A DNA stretch of 64,000 nucleotides, taken from contig MFPR01000028.1 in NCBI GenBank assembly GCA_001784175.1, positions 101,955 through 165,954 of the forward strand, in the 5' to 3' direction. Below, piece after piece: positions 1-9,197 of this stretch. The notes beneath the pieces are model-generated. The model made no database searches. It was not told where the DNA came from and saw only the letters and a list, made by a program, of their open reading frames with translations. Source of the stretch: Candidatus Lindowbacteria bacterium RIFCSPLOWO2_12_FULL_62_27. Its GTDB lineage: Bacteria; Lindowbacteria; 2-12-FULL-62-27. Each line of letters starts with the position of its first letter. Position 1 is the stretch's first letter. The position numbers and the translations under genes are program-made.

Positions 1-98
1 CGCTGATGGAGGAGTGGTTGAAATCTTCCGGGCTGGCTCGAACCCAACTGAGCCACACGAACGACATGAGCTGGACGCTGCATGGGATCAAGGAGTGA
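1..98 (+). CDS. 3' end of a CDS entering the window (possibly a SAM-dependent methyltransferase)
   Basis: Open frame ...LMEEWLKSSGLARTQLSHTNDMSWTLHGIKE ends with TGA at 96-98; the product is a guess from the C-terminal pattern only. Confidence 0.4.
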   Translation, partial: LMEEWLKSSGLARTQLSHTNDMSWTLHGIKE

Positions 99-124
99 CG
101 AATAGCGTGCCGCGATCTCTGTGC

Positions 125-205
125 GTCCCTGTTGCTTTAGATCGGAGGGTTCGCCATCCTTGGCGAACCTTGAGCTGAGGCAACAGGGACTGTACATCCC
201 TGTAC
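125..205 (-). repeat. tRNA 3'-trailer structured element, copy 1
   Basis: Minus strand: GTACA-GGGA-TGTAC hairpin, then 11-bp stem GTCCCTGTTGC/GCAACAGGGAC enclosing GGTTCGCCA-AGGA-TGGCGAACC; homologous to 62419-62499. Confidence 0.85.
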
Positions 206-278
206 GCGCCCAAGAGGAGTCGAACCTCTGACCTTTGCCTCCGCAGGGCAACGCTCTATCCAGCTGAGCTATGGGCGC
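205..278 (-). tRNA. tRNA-Arg(GCG), CCA not encoded
   Basis: Cloverleaf GCGCCCA...TGGGCGC-G; anticodon arm TTGCC-CT GCG GA-GGCAA; T-loop GGTTCGACTCC. Confidence 0.95.
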
Positions 279-302
279 ACGCGGGTTGATTCACGCGCGA
301 TC

Positions 303-331
303 ATCCTACAACATTTTCCCGAATGCATCAA
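303..331 (-). promoter_or_regulatory. Putative sigma70 promoter of tRNA-Arg
   Basis: TTGATG-N17-TAGGAT on the minus strand just upstream of the tRNA. Confidence 0.5.
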
Positions 332-382
332 TCCGGCCGTCTGGATTTTGCGGGGGGACTGGGTTATACTGCAACCGATAAC

Positions 383-1204
383 ATGAACAGCCAGGAGAAA
401 CTTCAGGTCGAATTGTCCGAGTGCCTTAAAAACGGAAAGGCGGTCGCGGTGGCCACGGTGATTGCCGCGGACCTGTCGACGCCGCAGGGGCCGGGCGCCA
501 AGATGCTGGTCTATCCCGACGCCGCGATCTCCGGCACGGTGGGCGGCGGGCCGGTGGAGGCTTTCGTGAAGAAGGAAGCGCTCGAGGCGCTGCGCGAGGA
601 AAAGCCCCGCCTGACCGAATACCGGCTGGTCATGTCCGAAACCGGGATGTACTGCGGCGGAAAAATGCAGTTCTTCATTGAGGTGTATCCCGCCAAACCG
701 GCGCTCTACATTTTCGGCGCCGGCCACGTGGGCCGGGCGACCGCGCGGCTGGCCGAATTTCTGGGCCAGCCCGCCGTGATCGTGGACGACCGGCCGGACT
801 ATGCGGACCCGAAACTCTATCCAACCGCGACGGTCGTGTGCGAGGCGTACGATTTCGTGTTTGACCGCCTGCCGGTCCGTGAGCGGGACTCTGTGGTGAT
901 CGTGACGCGCTGTCACGCGCACGACGAGGTGTGCCTCGAGAAGGCGATGAAGACGCCGGCCGGTTACATCGGTGTGATCGGCAGCCGCACCAAGATCAAG
1001 ACGCTGTTCGGCCATCTCAACAAGCGCGGGATCAAACCCCAGTCGGACCCGCGCGTGTTCGCGCCGATCGGGATGGATCTCGGAGACGAAACGGTCGAGC
1101 AGATTGCGCTGTCGATCCATGCCGAGATCGCGAAACTGAAAACCGGCCGCACCGGCAGGCACATGCGCGAGCGGCTGGCGGAGCGAGAGGAAAAGGCCGG
1201 TTAA
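383..1204 (+). CDS. xdhC: XdhC/CoxI family molybdoenzyme maturation factor
   Basis: STPQGPGAKMLV, GTVGGG, CGG, IFGAGHVG, YIGVIGSRTK, APIGMDLG motifs; next to an Xdh-family operon. Confidence 0.92.
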   Translation: MNSQEKLQVELSECLKNGKAVAVATVIAADLSTPQGPGAKMLVYPDAAISGTVGGGPVEAFVKKEALEALREEKPRLTEYRLVMSETGMYCGGKMQFFIEVYPAKPALYIFGAGHVGRATARLAEFLGQPAVIVDDRPDYADPKLYPTATVVCEAYDFVFDRLPVRERDSVVIVTRCHAHDEVCLEKAMKTPAGYIGVIGSRTKIKTLFGHLNKRGIKPQSDPRVFAPIGMDLGDETVEQIALSIHAEIAKLKTGRTGRHMRERLAEREEKAG

Positions 1205-1219
1205 CCACCGTTTCATTTC

Positions 1220-3469
1220 ATGCCCGACGTTCTGACCACGCCTGCCTACCGGTGGGTGGGGCACAATCCGCCAAGAAAAGAATCTCTTGAGAAAGTCACC
1301 GGATCGGCCAAGTACCTCGACGACCTGAAATTCGAAGGATGCCTCCACGGCAAGACCGTCCGGTCGACCGTGCCGCACGGCCGGATCAAGAAAATCTCTT
1401 TCGAGCCCGGCGTGCCCTGGGATGAATTCACCGTCGTGACCGCCCGGGACATTCCCGGAAAAAACGTCGTGAGCCTGATCGAACTCGACCAGCCTTTTCT
1501 CGCGGACGGCCTTGTCCGGCACATGGCCGAACCCGTCGTTCTTCTGGCGCATCCCGATAAGGGGATGGCCGAAAAAGCGGTGAAGCGCGTCCACATCGAG
1601 TACGAGGAGTTGCCGGCGATCCTGACGATCGAGGAAAGTCTCGCCGGCGGAAATATCCAGTACGGGAAAGACAACATTTTCAAAAAGTATCACATCCAAA
1701 AGGGCGATCCCGAGAGCGTCTGGCCAAAGGCCGACGTCGTGATCGAGGGCGAGTACTGGACCGGACCTCAGGAACAGCTCTACATCGAGCCCCAGGGGGT
1801 CGTCGCAGTGGCGTCGCCTACCGGTGGCGTGACCGTGTGGGGATCGATGCAGTGCCCGTTTTATGTGCATAAAGGTCTCAAACCTCTTTTCAATTTGCCG
1901 GACGATCGCGTCCGCGTGATCTACACCGTGACCGGCGGGGGCTTTGGCGGCAAGGAGGAATATCCGACGCTGCCGGCGGGCCATGCGGCGCTGCTCTCGT
2001 GGAAGGCGGGCGGCCGGCCCGTCAAAATCGTCTATGACCGGATGGAAGACATGTGGGCGACGACCAAGCGGCATCCGTGCAAAACGCGGGTGAAGGCGGC
2101 ATTCACGAAGGACGGGAAACTTCTGGCCCTGAAAGTCGACGCGACGATGGACGGCGGCGCCTACGTGACGCTCTCGACGGTGGTCCTGTCCCGCGGCACG
2201 CTCCACGCATTCGGGCCGTACGCCTGCGATCATGTCGTGATCGATACCCGGGCGGTCTTCACGAATTCTCCGCCCTACGGCGCCTTCCGCGGGTTCGGCG
2301 CGCCGCAGACGATTTTCCCGCTCGAACTCCATCTTCATCGCGCCGCCTGCGAACTCGGGATCGAACCGCACGAGCTCCGTCGCCGTAATCTTCTGCATCA
2401 AGGCGACCGCATGGCCACCGGCCAGGTCATGCAGGAGGAGACGGGTCTCGAGGGTCTCATGTGGAAGGCGATGGACGAGTCGAAGTATCTTGAAAAAACG
2501 AAGGCGTATCGTGAGCACAACCGGAGCTCGACCCGGATCAAAAAAGGCGTTGCGTTGGCGCTCTTCTTTCACGGCGCCGGATTCACCGGCAGCGGCGAGG
2601 TCTTTCTCGATTCAAAGGCCGGCCTGGAACTGACGCGGGACGGCGCCGTCCGGATTCTCTCGGCCAACACCGAGATCGGCCAGGGGTCCTTCACCACGCA
2701 CAGCCAGATCGTGGCGGAGGAGCTGCGAATCCCGTACGAGATGGTCGAGGTTGCCGTGCCCGACACCGCCGTCGTGCCGAACAGCGGCCCCACCGTCGCC
2801 TCGCGGACGTGCATGGTGGTCGGTGAGCTTCTCCGGCGCGCGGCGTCTGACCTGAAGGAGGTCCTGGTCAAATCCGGCGCGCTGGCCGGGAACGGCCACA
2901 CGCCGTCCGAGTTTCGAGCGGCCGCGGGAAAATATTTGCAGAGGTTCGGAGAACTGAAAGTCTATTCCAAATACAAGCCGCCTCCGGACGTGAGCTGGGA
3001 CGACAAAACCTACACGGGCTCCGCCTACGCCGCCTATGCATGGGCATGCTATGTAGCCGATCTCGAAATCGACATGGCGACCTATCAGGCGCAGATGAAG
3101 GATTTCGTCGCGGTCCAGGAGGTGGGTCGCGTGATCCATCCCGTGATCGCCGCAGGCCAGATCGAAGGCGGCGTGGCGCAGGCGATCGGCTGGGCGCTGT
3201 ACGAAGACGTGGCGCTGAAGCAGGGCGTCATGCAGAACTGCCAGTTGACCAACTACATTCTGCCGACCACGGCCGACACGCCGCCGATTCGCGTCTTCTT
3301 TTATGAGAACCCCTATCAGAACGGTCCGTTCGGCGCGAAAGGTCTCGGGGAACTGCCGATGGACGGCCCGGCGCCGGCCATTGCGGCCGCGGTCGCATTT
3401 GCGCTGGGGGACCGCATCATTCCCCGAATTCCGATTTTGCCTGAAACCATTCTCGACGCGATTTCATGA
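1220..3469 (+). CDS. Xanthine dehydrogenase family molybdopterin-binding subunit
   Basis: KVTGSAKY, GGGFGGK, AFRGFG, EIGQG, GQIEGG, GAKGLGE motifs. Confidence 0.93.
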   Translation: MPDVLTTPAYRWVGHNPPRKESLEKVTGSAKYLDDLKFEGCLHGKTVRSTVPHGRIKKISFEPGVPWDEFTVVTARDIPGKNVVSLIELDQPFLADGLVRHMAEPVVLLAHPDKGMAEKAVKRVHIEYEELPAILTIEESLAGGNIQYGKDNIFKKYHIQKGDPESVWPKADVVIEGEYWTGPQEQLYIEPQGVVAVASPTGGVTVWGSMQCPFYVHKGLKPLFNLPDDRVRVIYTVTGGGFGGKEEYPTLPAGHAALLSWKAGGRPVKIVYDRMEDMWATTKRHPCKTRVKAAFTKDGKLLALKVDATMDGGAYVTLSTVVLSRGTLHAFGPYACDHVVIDTRAVFTNSPPYGAFRGFGAPQTIFPLELHLHRAACELGIEPHELRRRNLLHQGDRMATGQVMQEETGLEGLMWKAMDESKYLEKTKAYREHNRSSTRIKKGVALALFFHGAGFTGSGEVFLDSKAGLELTRDGAVRILSANTEIGQGSFTTHSQIVAEELRIPYEMVEVAVPDTAVVPNSGPTVASRTCMVVGELLRRAASDLKEVLVKSGALAGNGHTPSEFRAAAGKYLQRFGELKVYSKYKPPPDVSWDDKTYTGSAYAAYAWACYVADLEIDMATYQAQMKDFVAVQEVGRVIHPVIAAGQIEGGVAQAIGWALYEDVALKQGVMQNCQLTNYILPTTADTPPIRVFFYENPYQNGPFGAKGLGELPMDGPAPAIAAAVAFALGDRIIPRIPILPETILDAIS

Positions 3470-3933
3470 GCGCCCCGGCCGAAGAAAAGTCGTCGTTTGT
3501 CATCAACGGAAAATCCTGGTCCGGCGCCGTGCATCCCCTCAAGCGTCTCCTCGACACGATCCGGGAAGACGTGGGGCTCACGGGAACGAAAGAGGGCTGC
3601 GGGGAAGGCGAATGCGGCGCCTGCACGGTCTTTCTCGATGGGCAGGTCGTCATGAGCTGCATGGTGCCGACGTGCCAGGCGGAGGGAAAACAGATCACGA
3701 CCATCGAGGGACTGGCTGAAAACGGGCGGCTCCATCCCATGCAGGAAAGTTTCGCGCAGGAGGGCGGCGCGCAATGCGGGATTTGCACGCCGGGCATGAT
3801 CATGGCGGCCGTCGCCTACGCGCGCGATCCCGGCTCCGCGGAGGACATGCGCGAAGCCCTGGCCGGCAATCTCTGCCGGTGCACCGGCTACATCCGGATT
3901 TTTGAAGCGGTCAAGAAGGCGATGGCAAAATGA
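3466..3933 (+). CDS. (2Fe-2S)-binding subunit, xanthine dehydrogenase family
   Basis: GTKEGCGEGECGACTV, QCGICTPG, NLCRCTGY. Confidence 0.95.
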   Translation: MSAPAEEKSSFVINGKSWSGAVHPLKRLLDTIREDVGLTGTKEGCGEGECGACTVFLDGQVVMSCMVPTCQAEGKQITTIEGLAENGRLHPMQESFAQEGGAQCGICTPGMIMAAVAYARDPGSAEDMREALAGNLCRCTGYIRIFEAVKKAMAK

Positions 3934-4847
3934 AATCGTCCATCGCCGATTTCGCCGTCATCAGCCCGCGGACGCTGGCTGAGGCATTGGCCTCCCTCCG
4001 GCAGACGCCGCCGCCGGTCCCGCTGGCCGGCGGGACCGATATCATGGTCCTGTTGAACGCGGGGCAGCTTGAGCCGGGTGTCTATTTGAATTTGTATTCG
4101 GTCCCGGAACTGCGGCGTCCCATTGAAGTGTCGGCCGGCGTCAGAGACGCCGGCACTTGGGGCGCCGGAGGCGCTGACCCGCCCGGCGAAGTCCGGTTGA
4201 GCGCGCTCACGACCTATGCGGACGTGCGGCGTCATGCGGAGGTCCGGCGCCTCCTGCCGATGCTGCCGCTGGCCGCGCGGGAGATCGGCGCGGTTCAGAT
4301 CCAGTCACGGGCGACCTGGGCCGGCAACATCGCCAACGCGTCGCCGGCCGCGGACGGCGTTCCGCCGCTCATGGCCTACGACGCAACGGTCGAGCTTTCG
4401 TCCGCCGCCGGCGTGCGTCAGGTCGCGCTGAGCGAATTTTATTCCGGATACAAGCAGACCGCGCGCCGGCCCGACGAGCTGATCACCGGCATCCGGATCC
4501 CGGTTCCGGCGCCGGGCAGCATCGATTATTTTCGCAAGGTTGGCACGAGAAAGTTTCAGGCGATCTCGAAGGTGCTTCTGGCCGGCCTCGTGGAGCTGGG
4601 CGGCTCGCGCGAGATCCGAAAAATCCGGCTCGTCTTTGCGAGCGTCATGCCGTTCACCTATCGGGCCCGCAAAACCGAATCTGTCCTGGAGGGGCGCAGG
4701 CTGGAGCCAGGCGCCGTGTCCCTGGCCGTGGAAACGCTGCGAACGGAACTCAAGCCCATCGACGACATCCGGTCGACGGCTCGATACCGCCTGAAGGTCG
4801 CATGCAATTTGTTGGAGGAATTTCTGGGAACCACGATGGGCTGTTAA
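3930..4847 (+). CDS. FAD-binding subunit, xanthine dehydrogenase family
   Basis: LAGGTD, IQSRATWAGNIANASPAAD, PIDDIRSTARYR. Confidence 0.93.
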   Translation: MKSSIADFAVISPRTLAEALASLRQTPPPVPLAGGTDIMVLLNAGQLEPGVYLNLYSVPELRRPIEVSAGVRDAGTWGAGGADPPGEVRLSALTTYADVRRHAEVRRLLPMLPLAAREIGAVQIQSRATWAGNIANASPAADGVPPLMAYDATVELSSAAGVRQVALSEFYSGYKQTARRPDELITGIRIPVPAPGSIDYFRKVGTRKFQAISKVLLAGLVELGGSREIRKIRLVFASVMPFTYRARKTESVLEGRRLEPGAVSLAVETLRTELKPIDDIRSTARYRLKVACNLLEEFLGTTMGC

Positions 4848-4909
4848 GAAGTGTTCTGGCATGAATGCCGACGGTTTGATACAATGGGGATGATGGGGGT
4901 GAAGGACGT

Positions 4910-5305
4910 ATGAGTAAACCTGTTCGCGAAGTCGAGGTGACAACCACGGAGGAATGCAAAGGCCGGGTGCGGGCGCTCGTCGATTCGGGGTCATATCATA
5001 CCTTTATCCGGGAGGACAAAGTCCCCGCCGGCGCCCTGGTTGTGAAAATGAAGTCTCCCAAATTGTTCGGGCAGGCCGAATTGGACACGAAACTCGTCGC
5101 CATCGGCACGATCTATCTTCAAATCCACATTGAAAACCATGACATCGATGCGCATGCGTTCGTTTCGCCGAAATTGACGGTCGACATGATTATCGGGGCC
5201 GGCGACATGCAACGTTGGGACATTTCCGTTGTCAACGATAACGGACATACCTCCCTCCGTATCGGCCACGACCTCAACGACCCCGACGTCCAAACGGTGC
5301 TGTGA
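4910..5305 (+). CDS. Retropepsin-like (clan AA) aspartic protease
   Basis: ALVDSGS catalytic motif and downstream IIGAG motif; 131 aa. Confidence 0.75.
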   Translation: MSKPVREVEVTTTEECKGRVRALVDSGSYHTFIREDKVPAGALVVKMKSPKLFGQAELDTKLVAIGTIYLQIHIENHDIDAHAFVSPKLTVDMIIGAGDMQRWDISVVNDNGHTSLRIGHDLNDPDVQTVL

Positions 5306-5389
5306 TGAGTATGATGTCCCTTAGATCATAAATGACTTGGGGCTGACTCCGTTCCCGTCTCTGCCCCACCCCCCGCCCGAATTTTTCGC

Positions 5390-6106
5390 CTACGATCCTT
5401 CCAAGTCGATCAGGATGTCAACCCGCCGGTTGACTTCCTTGCCTTCCTCGAAATGGTCTTTCAGCTCATACGTCATGGGATCGAATTCCGCCCGGCCGGA
5501 AATCGTGACCCGCGAAGGATCGACCCGGTGCCGGTCCATCAGGTAGTGTCCGACGGAGGTGGCCCGGGCCGTGCTGAGTTCCCAGTTGGAGGGATAGAGT
5601 GGCGAGGAGGACGGCGCGTCGTCCGTGTTTCCCTGGATGGTGAATCTGTTCGAAATGAGGTTGAGAAACGATCCGACGCGGTCCAGGACTTCCTGGGCGC
5701 TCGGCAGAAGCTCGGCGGAGTTTGGGCCGAAGAGCAGGAGACCCGACACGCGGATCACGAGCATCTTCCGTTTGGTTTCGACGTTGATCCCTTTTGTTCC
5801 GACCGCCTCCAAGTGCGACGTCAATTTCAGGCTGACGTCCTGGGACGGCCGGCTGTACGGCAATAGTCCCTTCCCGCTTCCCATCGCCACGGAAATGTGT
5901 GTCTTGCTGCCGGCCGGAAAAACTCCGAAGACCCTCGAGAGCGCGACGCCCAGCGATTCGATCTTTTTCTTTTCCGGATTCGAGATGGCCGCGATGACGA
6001 TGAAAAACACCAGGAGCAGCGTGATGAGATCCGCGTAGGTCAGAAGCCACCGCAGACCCCCGGCCGCGTCATGCCCGCCTCCGCCATGTCCCTTCTTTTT
6101 AGACAT
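5390..6106 (-). CDS. motB: Flagellar stator protein MotB (OmpA-like C-terminal domain)
   Basis: WLLTYADLITLL helix with conserved Asp; SNWELSTARA; NRRVDI. Confidence 0.93.
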   Translation of the reverse strand: MSKKKGHGGGGHDAAGGLRWLLTYADLITLLLVFFIVIAAISNPEKKKIESLGVALSRVFGVFPAGSKTHISVAMGSGKGLLPYSRPSQDVSLKLTSHLEAVGTKGINVETKRKMLVIRVSGLLLFGPNSAELLPSAQEVLDRVGSFLNLISNRFTIQGNTDDAPSSSPLYPSNWELSTARATSVGHYLMDRHRVDPSRVTISGRAEFDPMTYELKDHFEEGKEVNRRVDILIDLEGS

Positions 6107-6139
6107 ACGCTACAAGTATATGGCTGCGGAAACCGGATT

Positions 6140-6940
6140 TCAACCTTCCTTCTCGACCTTCTTCTCCAGTTTCTTCGCCTCGTCCGGCGGCAGATACGCG
6201 AGGAGGCGGATCTTGACGATCGCGGGGTTTTCGCCGTGCTCGATGGCGAGGATGCCGTCGATGGTCATCTTCCGGTACAGCATCTCCGCCTTGTGCTTGG
6301 ATTTCAGCTTTCCGCCGACCGGCAGGAAGAATACGTTGGCCGAGAAGATTCCGAAAAACGTGGCCAGAAACGCCAGCGCAATTCCGGCGGCCAGCTTGCC
6401 CACGTCGCCGCCGGATTCTTCAATGCCCCCCAACACGTGGACGGTTCCCATGACCGTGCCGATGATGCCCATGGTCGGCGCGTAGCCGCCGGCCGTGGTC
6501 CAGATCTCGCCCAGCCCGCTGTGCCGCTCGTCGATGATGTCAAGCTGGGTCTCCATGATGCTCTTGGTGACTTCCGGTGCGGTGCCGTCCACCACGAGCT
6601 GCAAGCCGTTTTTCAAAAACGCATCGGCCAACTGCTCGATGTCCTCCTCGAGCGATATCACGCCCTCGCGCCGCGCCTTCTCAGCCAGGCTCACGATGAC
6701 TTCGATCAGTTCCGTCGGCTCAAACTTGATCTCGGTAAATGCGATCTTGAGCATCGTCCACGCTTTTTTGACTTCCTCGGTCTTGTGATTCAGCAGTGTG
6801 GCGCCGATGGTTCCGCCGAAAATGATGGCCCAGGCCGAAGGGGCGTACAGCACGTGCATGATGTGCAGCCCCTCCATTTTCATCATGATGATCAGGCCGG
6901 CCATTGCAATGCCTAAGCCCAATACGCTTGACATGTCCAC
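6140..6940 (-). CDS. motA: Flagellar stator protein MotA
   Basis: ARREGVISLE, GLQLVVDG, APTMGIIGTVMG, GENP; GTG start with GGAGGG RBS. Confidence 0.93.
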   Translation of the reverse strand: MDMSSVLGLGIAMAGLIIMMKMEGLHIMHVLYAPSAWAIIFGGTIGATLLNHKTEEVKKAWTMLKIAFTEIKFEPTELIEVIVSLAEKARREGVISLEEDIEQLADAFLKNGLQLVVDGTAPEVTKSIMETQLDIIDERHSGLGEIWTTAGGYAPTMGIIGTVMGTVHVLGGIEESGGDVGKLAAGIALAFLATFFGIFSANVFFLPVGGKLKSKHKAEMLYRKMTIDGILAIEHGENPAIVKIRLLAYLPPDEAKKLEKKVEKEG

Positions 6941-7117
6941 AGACTCAGTCCCTCCAGAACCGTTTGTCTCTCTTTTCGGCAAATGGCACGAGCAACATAA
7001 ACTTAGCGCTTCGGCCGACCCACGGTCGGGCCCGGTTCCCATTGCCTTCCGAACGGTTTCGGTTACAATAATTCAAGTATTTCTCTGATTTCAAGGTTGC
7101 CGAATCGAGGATGCCTG

Positions 7118-8203
7118 ATGAAAGCGAAAGACATGCTGGAACGCCTGTTGTCTCTGCCAACCGCTCCTTTCCACGAGACTGAGATCATCCAAGAAGTCGA
7201 AAAAAGTCTCGGCCGAATGAGAGTGAATTTGAGAACGGACCGGTACGGCAACAGAATCGCGCGGTTGAAACAGGGAGGACCCTCCGGCCCGCCCCTTGCG
7301 CTCGTGGCCCACATGGATCATCCGGGCTTTGTCGTCCGGCAATCCCGGCCCGGGTCGGCGCTCGTTCAACTGCTGGGCGGCCTTGGTCACCGGCTCGCGG
7401 GCCGGCGTCTGAAATTTGTGTCGTCGCCCGAATGCGTCGGCGTGATCAGCCGGGTTGCCCGCAAGGATGCTTCCGGACGGCCGACGCACGTGTGGGTTCG
7501 GACCCCCCTTCAAAGGGGGTTCCGACTGCCGCACGGGACGTTTGGCGTGTGGGACGTGCCGGCCTTTCGCCGGCGCGGGTCGAAAATCCACGCGCGGTCG
7601 ATCGACGATGTCTGCGGCGTGGCCGTCATGCTGGAAGTCCTGCGCCGGCTCGGCCGGTCCCGGCGGCCGGTCGATCTTTACTGTTGTTTCACGCGCGCGG
7701 AGGAGGTCGGATTCGTGGGTGCGGCCGGCCTTGCGCGCACGAACATTCTTCCGCGGCGTGCCAAACTCATCTCGATCGAAATGAGCCGGGAATTGCCGGG
7801 AAAGGCTGACCAGGGAAAAGGATTTGTCATCCGTGCGGGCGATCGCGCGAGCCTCTTCGATCCGGGGCTGGTGGGGTTCATGATCTGGATCGCGCGGCGC
7901 ATGCAGGCGGCCCGAAAGACGTTTCAGTTCCAGACGGCCATCCTGGACGGCGGCACATGCGAGGCCACGCTGTTCAACGCCATGGGTGGCTGCGCCGCCG
8001 GCGTGGCCCTGCCCCTGCGCAACTATCACAATCAGGCGCCGGACGGACACATCGCGCCGGAATGTATTGATATGCATGATCTGAACTGCCTGGTGGATTT
8101 TCTTGAGGAACTTGCGGGGCAAATGAGAAATTGGGGACAGGATCGCCGGGCGCTTCGATCTCGACTGGACCGGAATTTCAGGACTTGGAGGAAATACCTG
8201 TAA
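7118..8203 (+). CDS. M42/M20-family metallopeptidase
   Basis: AHMDH, SIDDVCG, AEEVG, GGTCE, NYH metal-ligand motifs. Confidence 0.8.
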   Translation: MKAKDMLERLLSLPTAPFHETEIIQEVEKSLGRMRVNLRTDRYGNRIARLKQGGPSGPPLALVAHMDHPGFVVRQSRPGSALVQLLGGLGHRLAGRRLKFVSSPECVGVISRVARKDASGRPTHVWVRTPLQRGFRLPHGTFGVWDVPAFRRRGSKIHARSIDDVCGVAVMLEVLRRLGRSRRPVDLYCCFTRAEEVGFVGAAGLARTNILPRRAKLISIEMSRELPGKADQGKGFVIRAGDRASLFDPGLVGFMIWIARRMQAARKTFQFQTAILDGGTCEATLFNAMGGCAAGVALPLRNYHNQAPDGHIAPECIDMHDLNCLVDFLEELAGQMRNWGQDRRALRSRLDRNFRTWRKYL

Positions 8204-9197
8204 CCTCCAGCACCGCCGCGCCCTGTGTCTCCCGCCGGCGGATCCGGTCCAGCGCGGTGTTCGCCTCCGACAGATCGTACCGTTCCACGCTCACCCGGAT
8301 GGGGATGCGGGCGGCCAGATCCAGAAATTCGGTCGCATCCCGGCGCGTGCAGTTGGTGACGCTGCGGATGCCGCGTTCGCCGTAGAGGAGGGCGTACTCG
8401 AAGGCCGGGATGTCCCTCATGTGGATGGCATTGACGGCAACCGTCCCGCCTTTTCGAATCTGCCGCAGCGCTTGAACGACGACCGCGCCGGCCGGCGCAA
8501 AGACGGCGGCGCAGTCCAGCGGCGCCGGAGACGGATCGCCGGTGTCGCCGGCCCACGCCGCGCCGAGCGTCCGCGCCATCCGGCGATGCGCGTCGTTTCG
8601 GGTAAACGCGTATACTTCGCATCCCCACGATCGGGCCATTTGCAGCGCAAGGTGCGCAGACGCGCCGAACCCGAACAACCCGAGCCGGTCTCCTTTTCGG
8701 ACGCCGGCGATACGGAGCGTGCGATACCCGATGACGCCCGCGCAAAGAAGCGGCGCCGCTTCGAGATCGTCGAACGCGGCGGGAATCGGCGGCGCGAAGT
8801 CCGCGCGGGCGACGAGATATTCGGCGAAGCCGCCGTTCACGTGGTATCCCGTGAATCGCGCGCCCTCACAGAGATTCTCGTCGCCCTGCCGGCACCGGTC
8901 ACATTCGCCGCAGGCGCTGTGAAGCCATGGAACCCCCACGCGTGCGCCAACCAGATGCGCCTCAACTCCCTCGCCGGCGGATTCGACGACCCCGACCGCC
9001 TGATGCCCCAAAATCACGGGCTGCCGGCCGGCCGGAATCTCGCCGTCGACGATATGCAGGTCCGTGTGGCAGACAGCGCAGGCATGAACTCGAATCAAAA
9101 TCTCACCCGGTCCCGGCGTTGGGCGGGTCTGCTCATTCAACGTCAGCCGTCCGGCCTCATACACCATGGCCCGCATCCGCTTCGCGCTTTCGGTCAT
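8178..9197 (-). CDS. Zinc-dependent alcohol dehydrogenase (AdhP-like)
   Basis: CHTDLH, GHQ, CGECDRC...ENLC, APLLCAG, GFGASA. Confidence 0.93.
   Translation of the reverse strand: MTESAKRMRAMVYEAGRLTLNEQTRPTPGPGEILIRVHACAVCHTDLHIVDGEIPAGRQPVILGHQAVGVVESAGEGVEAHLVGARVGVPWLHSACGECDRCRQGDENLCEGARFTGYHVNGGFAEYLVARADFAPPIPAAFDDLEAAPLLCAGVIGYRTLRIAGVRKGDRLGLFGFGASAHLALQMARSWGCEVYAFTRNDAHRRMARTLGAAWAGDTGDPSPAPLDCAAVFAPAGAVVVQALRQIRKGGTVAVNAIHMRDIPAFEYALLYGERGIRSVTNCTRRDATEFLDLAARIPIRVSVERYDLSEANTALDRIRRRETQGAAVLEVTGISSKS

Noticed and set aside
269-2572. 767-aa minus-strand ORF and the many other long antisense ORFs in the track
   Set aside because: Shadow frames of well-supported genes in high-GC DNA; no motifs
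5390-6940. motAB pair as Zorya (ZorAB) defence genes
   Set aside because: Ordinary MotA length without the long ZorA tail; no zorC/D/E neighbours
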